Origin: Macrostomum lignano
Taxonomy: Eukaryota
Assembly: GCA_002269645.1 (NCBI GenBank)
Contig: NIVC01003722.1
Coordinates: 16,578 to 80,577, forward strand
Length of the DNA: 64,000 bases
Direction: 5' to 3'
A program made the position numbers and the translations under genes. The notes under the pieces were generated by a model that searched no databases, had not been told where the DNA came from, and was given only the letters and a program-made list of their open reading frames with translations. Within the stretch, counting starts at the first letter, position 1, and the number at the start of each line of letters is the position of its first letter. Positions 60,059-64,000 of this stretch are shown here, piece by piece.

Positions 60059-61931
60059 TCAATCGCGCTTTTTCGCCTCACTGTCACCTTGCATTCGCCG
60101 TCTGTAGGCATCAAACAGGCGCCAGGCAATCCAGGCGTTGCTTAGCAACACAAACAGACTGGCTAGCCAGACTAATTCAACTATAGGCAGGCGGCGAAAC
60201 TCCAGCAGGTAGGCCAGGCCGAGCCAGACAGCCTGCGGCAGCAGCCAAGCTATGGCCAGCTGGCATAGCAACCACCGGCCACTGGACGGGAACAGACGGT
60301 ACAGCAATAGCGGTAGAAACACCAGGTACCAAAGGAAGTACTGAGAAGTTATTACCTGAAGCCAGAGGGGGTAAACACATCCAGTATATATGCTACCAAG
60401 ATACTGACAGAACTCAGTAGTTAGAGTAGTTATAGTATCATAGCTTTTTGCTTTTCTTCAACCTACGTTTGAAAAATCCAAAACAGAATGGGACTCGAAC
60501 ACAGTTTCCCAGGCCTCACAAATGCACTCATATTTAACACAACACCCAGTCTATGCAATCCAGTGTAACACTGACACCTAATCCAATCCACTCCAGTGTA
60601 ACACTGACACCTAATCCAATCCACTCCAGTGTAATACTGATACCTAATCCAATCCACTCCAGTGTAACACTGACACCTAATCCAATCCACTCCAGTGTAA
60701 TACTGATACCTAATCCAATCCACTCCAGTGTAACACTGACACCTAATCCAATCCACTCCAGTGTAATACTGATACCTAATCCAATCCACTCCAGTGTAAC
60801 ACTGACACCTAATCCAATCCACTCCAGTGTAATACTGATACCTAATCCAATCCACTCCAGTGTAATACTGACACCGAGTCCATCCACTCCAGTGTAATAC
60901 TGACACCCAGTCCATCCACTCCAGTGTAATACTGATACACAGTCCATCCACTCCAGTGTAATACTGACACCCAGTCCATCCATTCCAGTGTAATACTGAT
61001 ACACAGTCCATCCATTCCAGTGTAATACTGATACACAGTCCATCCACTCCAGTGTAATACTGATACCCAGTCCATCCACTCCAGTGTAATACTGATACAC
61101 AGTCCATCCATTCCAGTGTAATACTGACACCCAGTCCATCCACTCCAGTGTAATACTGACACCCAGTCCATCCACTCCAGTGTAATACTGACACCCAGTC
61201 CATCCATTCCAGTGTAATACTGACACCCAGTCCATCGACTCCAGTGTAACACTGACACCCAGTCCACCCACTCCAGTGTATAGATATGAATAATACTGAC
61301 ACATAGTGCATCCACTCCAGTGTATGAATAATACTGACACCCAGTCCATCCACTCCAGTACTGGACTATCCCTGACACCTAATCTCTTACATAATGCGAA
61401 AAAAGGTCGCACAGATGCGCCCAAAGGTGAGTTCGCTGGCTCAGTGATTAAGAAGACCAGCTGACGAAAAGAGAAAAGTAAAATACTGGGAGTTCAAATA
61501 CTAATTTTGGACACCCATTTCGAACAGGCTCGCACCTTATTCAGACTGACAAAGCCGAAGGTGACAAAGAACCAGCAGGCATCCTGATGAGGCACAGCCC
61601 AGGAAAACAGCAGCACGGAGCCGGCCTGCAAGCCGAACGCCAGGCCGGACACGGCGCGCAGAATCCGAGGCCCGAGCAGTCGCATTGGCAGAAAGTACAC
61701 CGAGAAATTGTGCTGCGGATCCAGCCGACCAAAATGGTACAGGTAGGCCTGCGACATGAACTCATTGCCATAGAGATGATAGAACAGCGCTAGTGGTGCG
61801 CCAAAGCTGAGGGCGGCGCAGATGGCTAAGCGGATCAGGCGACTAACAGCTTGAGAGGCGCTGGCAGATGTGCGCCAGACATGCAGACAGATCGCTGGAC
61901 AGTAGATCACCGGGTACAGCTTGGCGTGCAC
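60059..61931 (-). CDS. PIGM: GPI mannosyltransferase 1, last two exons (5' exons not located in the window)
   Basis: Exons 61931-61536 (VHAKLYPVIY, YGNEF...YLYHFGRLDPQHNFSVYF, FVSLNK) and 60355-60059 (VITSQYFLWY, LAYLLEF) carry PIG-M signature motifs. Confidence 0.88.
60560..61355. repeat. 32-bp minisatellite (CCATCCACTCCAGTGTAATACTGACACCCAGT)n
   Basis: PIGM intron. Confidence 0.92.
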
Positions 61932-62054
61932 CTGCATCGGTATAAAAAAGCCAACAGTTAATTAAGCAACTCTATTTGTACCTCGATATAGACTAGCCTC
62001 GCTGACTTAAAAATCATCCGGGTGCTAAATTTTACTCGGATGAGCATTAAACAG

Positions 62055-62290
62055 GCTCATCAACAGTCCCAGCAGCTCACAGCCTCATCAACAGTCTGCA
62101 TCCCACAGCCTCATAAACAGTCCCTGCATCCTACAGCCTCATTAACATTCCCAGCAGCTCACAGCCTCATCAACAACCCCAGCATCCCACAGCCTCATCA
62201 ACAGCCTCAGCATCCCACAGTCTGCCCAGCAGTCCCAGCATCCCACAGCCTTATCAACAGCCTCAGCATCCCACAGTCTGCCCAGCAGTT
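62055..62290. repeat. Degenerate CAGCATCCCACAGCCTCATCAA array
   Basis: Same family as 59340-59790. Confidence 0.75.
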
Positions 62291-62589
62291 GTCGCGAAAT
62301 TTCAGCTTACGCTAATAGAATTCACTTGCTCCCTTTTCATTTTCTTCCATTCCCTGTGTGCCTAGTCCATCTTCTATCTCTTATCTTGTTTTCCGATTAT
62401 CGATCGGTGAGTTTTCAGTCAGCCCCCCCCCTCGGTCTCGTTAGAGCATTTTAGCCCTCGCCCTTCTTACCCATTTTCTTCTTATCTATTCTCTACCCCC
62501 CTCTCTCAACCACGCAAATAAATATACTGCTGGAGGAGCCTTTTCATCTTAACTTTGTTTTTCAAGTTGTTATTGTCAACGTATTCACT

Positions 62590-64000
62590 GGCCTCACTGG
62601 ACTCCGTTTCCTCAACCGGTGGCCGAAGAGTCCACGTCTCAGTCTGGTACAGTGCTTCTTGCCTCTGTGGCTGCAACCACGCTCCTTGATCGTGAGTCTG
62701 GTTCGGATTCCCCAACTTCGGACATGTCTTCAATTATTGATGTCGAGCGGTTCTCTAGTTTTAACAAGTTACTTCGCGTCACAGCTTGGGTCAGGCGTTT
62801 CGTTCTGAATTTAAAAGCCTCGTTGGCGCGGTCACCGCTGCAAAAATTCAATTTTGTGACCGCAGCAGAGTTGCACACGTGTGAAACACTCTGGCTCCGT
62901 TCTGCTCAACGTTCTGGATTCTCGAAAGAAATCGATCACCTCTCGAAACACTCGACAGCTACTCCGCTGTGCAGGGATCTAAATCTGGTTCTCGACGACG
63001 AAGGTTTGCTTCGATCGAAAGGACGAATCGGTGAAGCCTTTCCCTATGCGACCAATTATCCGATTCTAATTCCTCGTCATTCTCACCTGGAACAGCTCCT
63101 CATCAGGAGGGCTCATCAGTCAGTCGCGCACGGGAGTGGCTCCCACGCTCTGCAAGATTCGAGAGAAGTTTTGGGTACTCAAAGGTAGACAGCGAGTGAA
63201 GCAGGAGTTGTCTCGGTGTGTTGTATGTCGGAAGATTCAAGGGCGTACGTACACCGTGCCGGTCGTTCCCCAGTTACCGAACTTTCGTTTGGCGGATCTT
63301 CGCCCCTTTCAGACTGTTGGTCTCGACTATTTTGGTCCGATTTTTTATCGGACGGGGGAGAGTGACGTCTCGACTAGTGAGCCTGCTAAAGGGTACGTGT
63401 TGCTCTTCACATGCTCGACCACTCGAGCAGTGCATTTGGAGCTGCTATCAGATATGTCAACTCAACAGTTTCTTCACGGCTTGCGACGTTTTGTGGCGCG
63501 TCGAGGACTTCCTTCGTTGATCAGCGACAACGCAAAGACCTTCCGTTCAGCAGCTCGGATCCTCGTGCCCAGCACTAGCGATCAGGTGCAGGCGTTCTGT
63601 GCCGAAAGGAGAATTACCTGGCAGTTCATACCGGAAAAGGCCCCATGGTGGGGCGGATTCTGGAGCGGTTAGTTGGAGTCATTAAGAGTTCTTTGAAGAA
63701 AAGCATCGGTCTCGGTCTGCTGCTCATTAAACTTTGATCAGTTGTCGTCTACAATCATCGAAATCGAAGCTATCATCAACAGTAGGTCCATTGTTGTACG
63801 TCTCTGCCGATGACCGGAGTGAAGTTATTACTCCTTCACACTTTCTACTTGGAGTGCGACTCACTTGGAACCTGATCAAGGTGCGACTCAATCGTCAACG
63901 CTCTGCTGTCACTACCTAGACGACTCGATCTTCTGCGCAACGCTCTGAATCGTTTTTGGAAGGTTTGGCAAGAGGACTACGTCACCGCTCCTCCGCGAGA
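62590..64000 (+). mobile_element. Degenerate BEL/Pao LTR retrotransposon pol fragment (integrase region), frameshifted, runs off the window
   Basis: RFSSFNKLLRVTAWVRRF, PILIP, HHCC zinc finger (AH...H...CVVC), PFQTVGLDYFGP, LFTCSTTRAVHLE, RRFVARRG, SDNAKTF, APWWGGFW, ITPSHFLLG, RFWKVWQEDYV. Several frame breaks. Confidence 0.9.

Overview
Eukaryotic (invertebrate animal) genomic DNA with spliceosomal introns and very dense minisatellites. The style suggests a flatworm such as Macrostomum, but that is inference only. Exon models were built by hand from GT/AG sites and reading-frame continuity. In order, the window holds: exons of an unidentified Gln/Pro-rich gene (+, about 1.8-8.7 kb); a candidate small secreted-peptide gene with a TATA promoter (-, 12.6-13.2 kb); a tandem array of four apparently intact, divergent nicotinic-acetylcholine-receptor-like Cys-loop channel genes (-, 14.7-34.4 kb); a 12-exon MATE/SLC47 transporter (+, 36.4-50.5 kb) whose intron 6 carries a near-intact APE-RT-RNase H non-LTR retrotransposon flanked by an identical 400-bp direct repeat; an intronless divergent Rab; ANAPC5; an intronless basic ORF; the 3' part of PIGM; two copies of a hAT-like MITE; and a degenerate BEL/Pao integrase fragment at the right edge. 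The most striking system is the channel array. The ligand-binding exons are strongly diverged and lack the acetylcholine aromatic box and vicinal cysteines. The M1-M3 pore exons and the intron between them are about 97-99% identical across all four genes. This fits a variable-sensor/constant-pore receptor family maintained by gene conversion, and it is a candidate chemoreceptor array.
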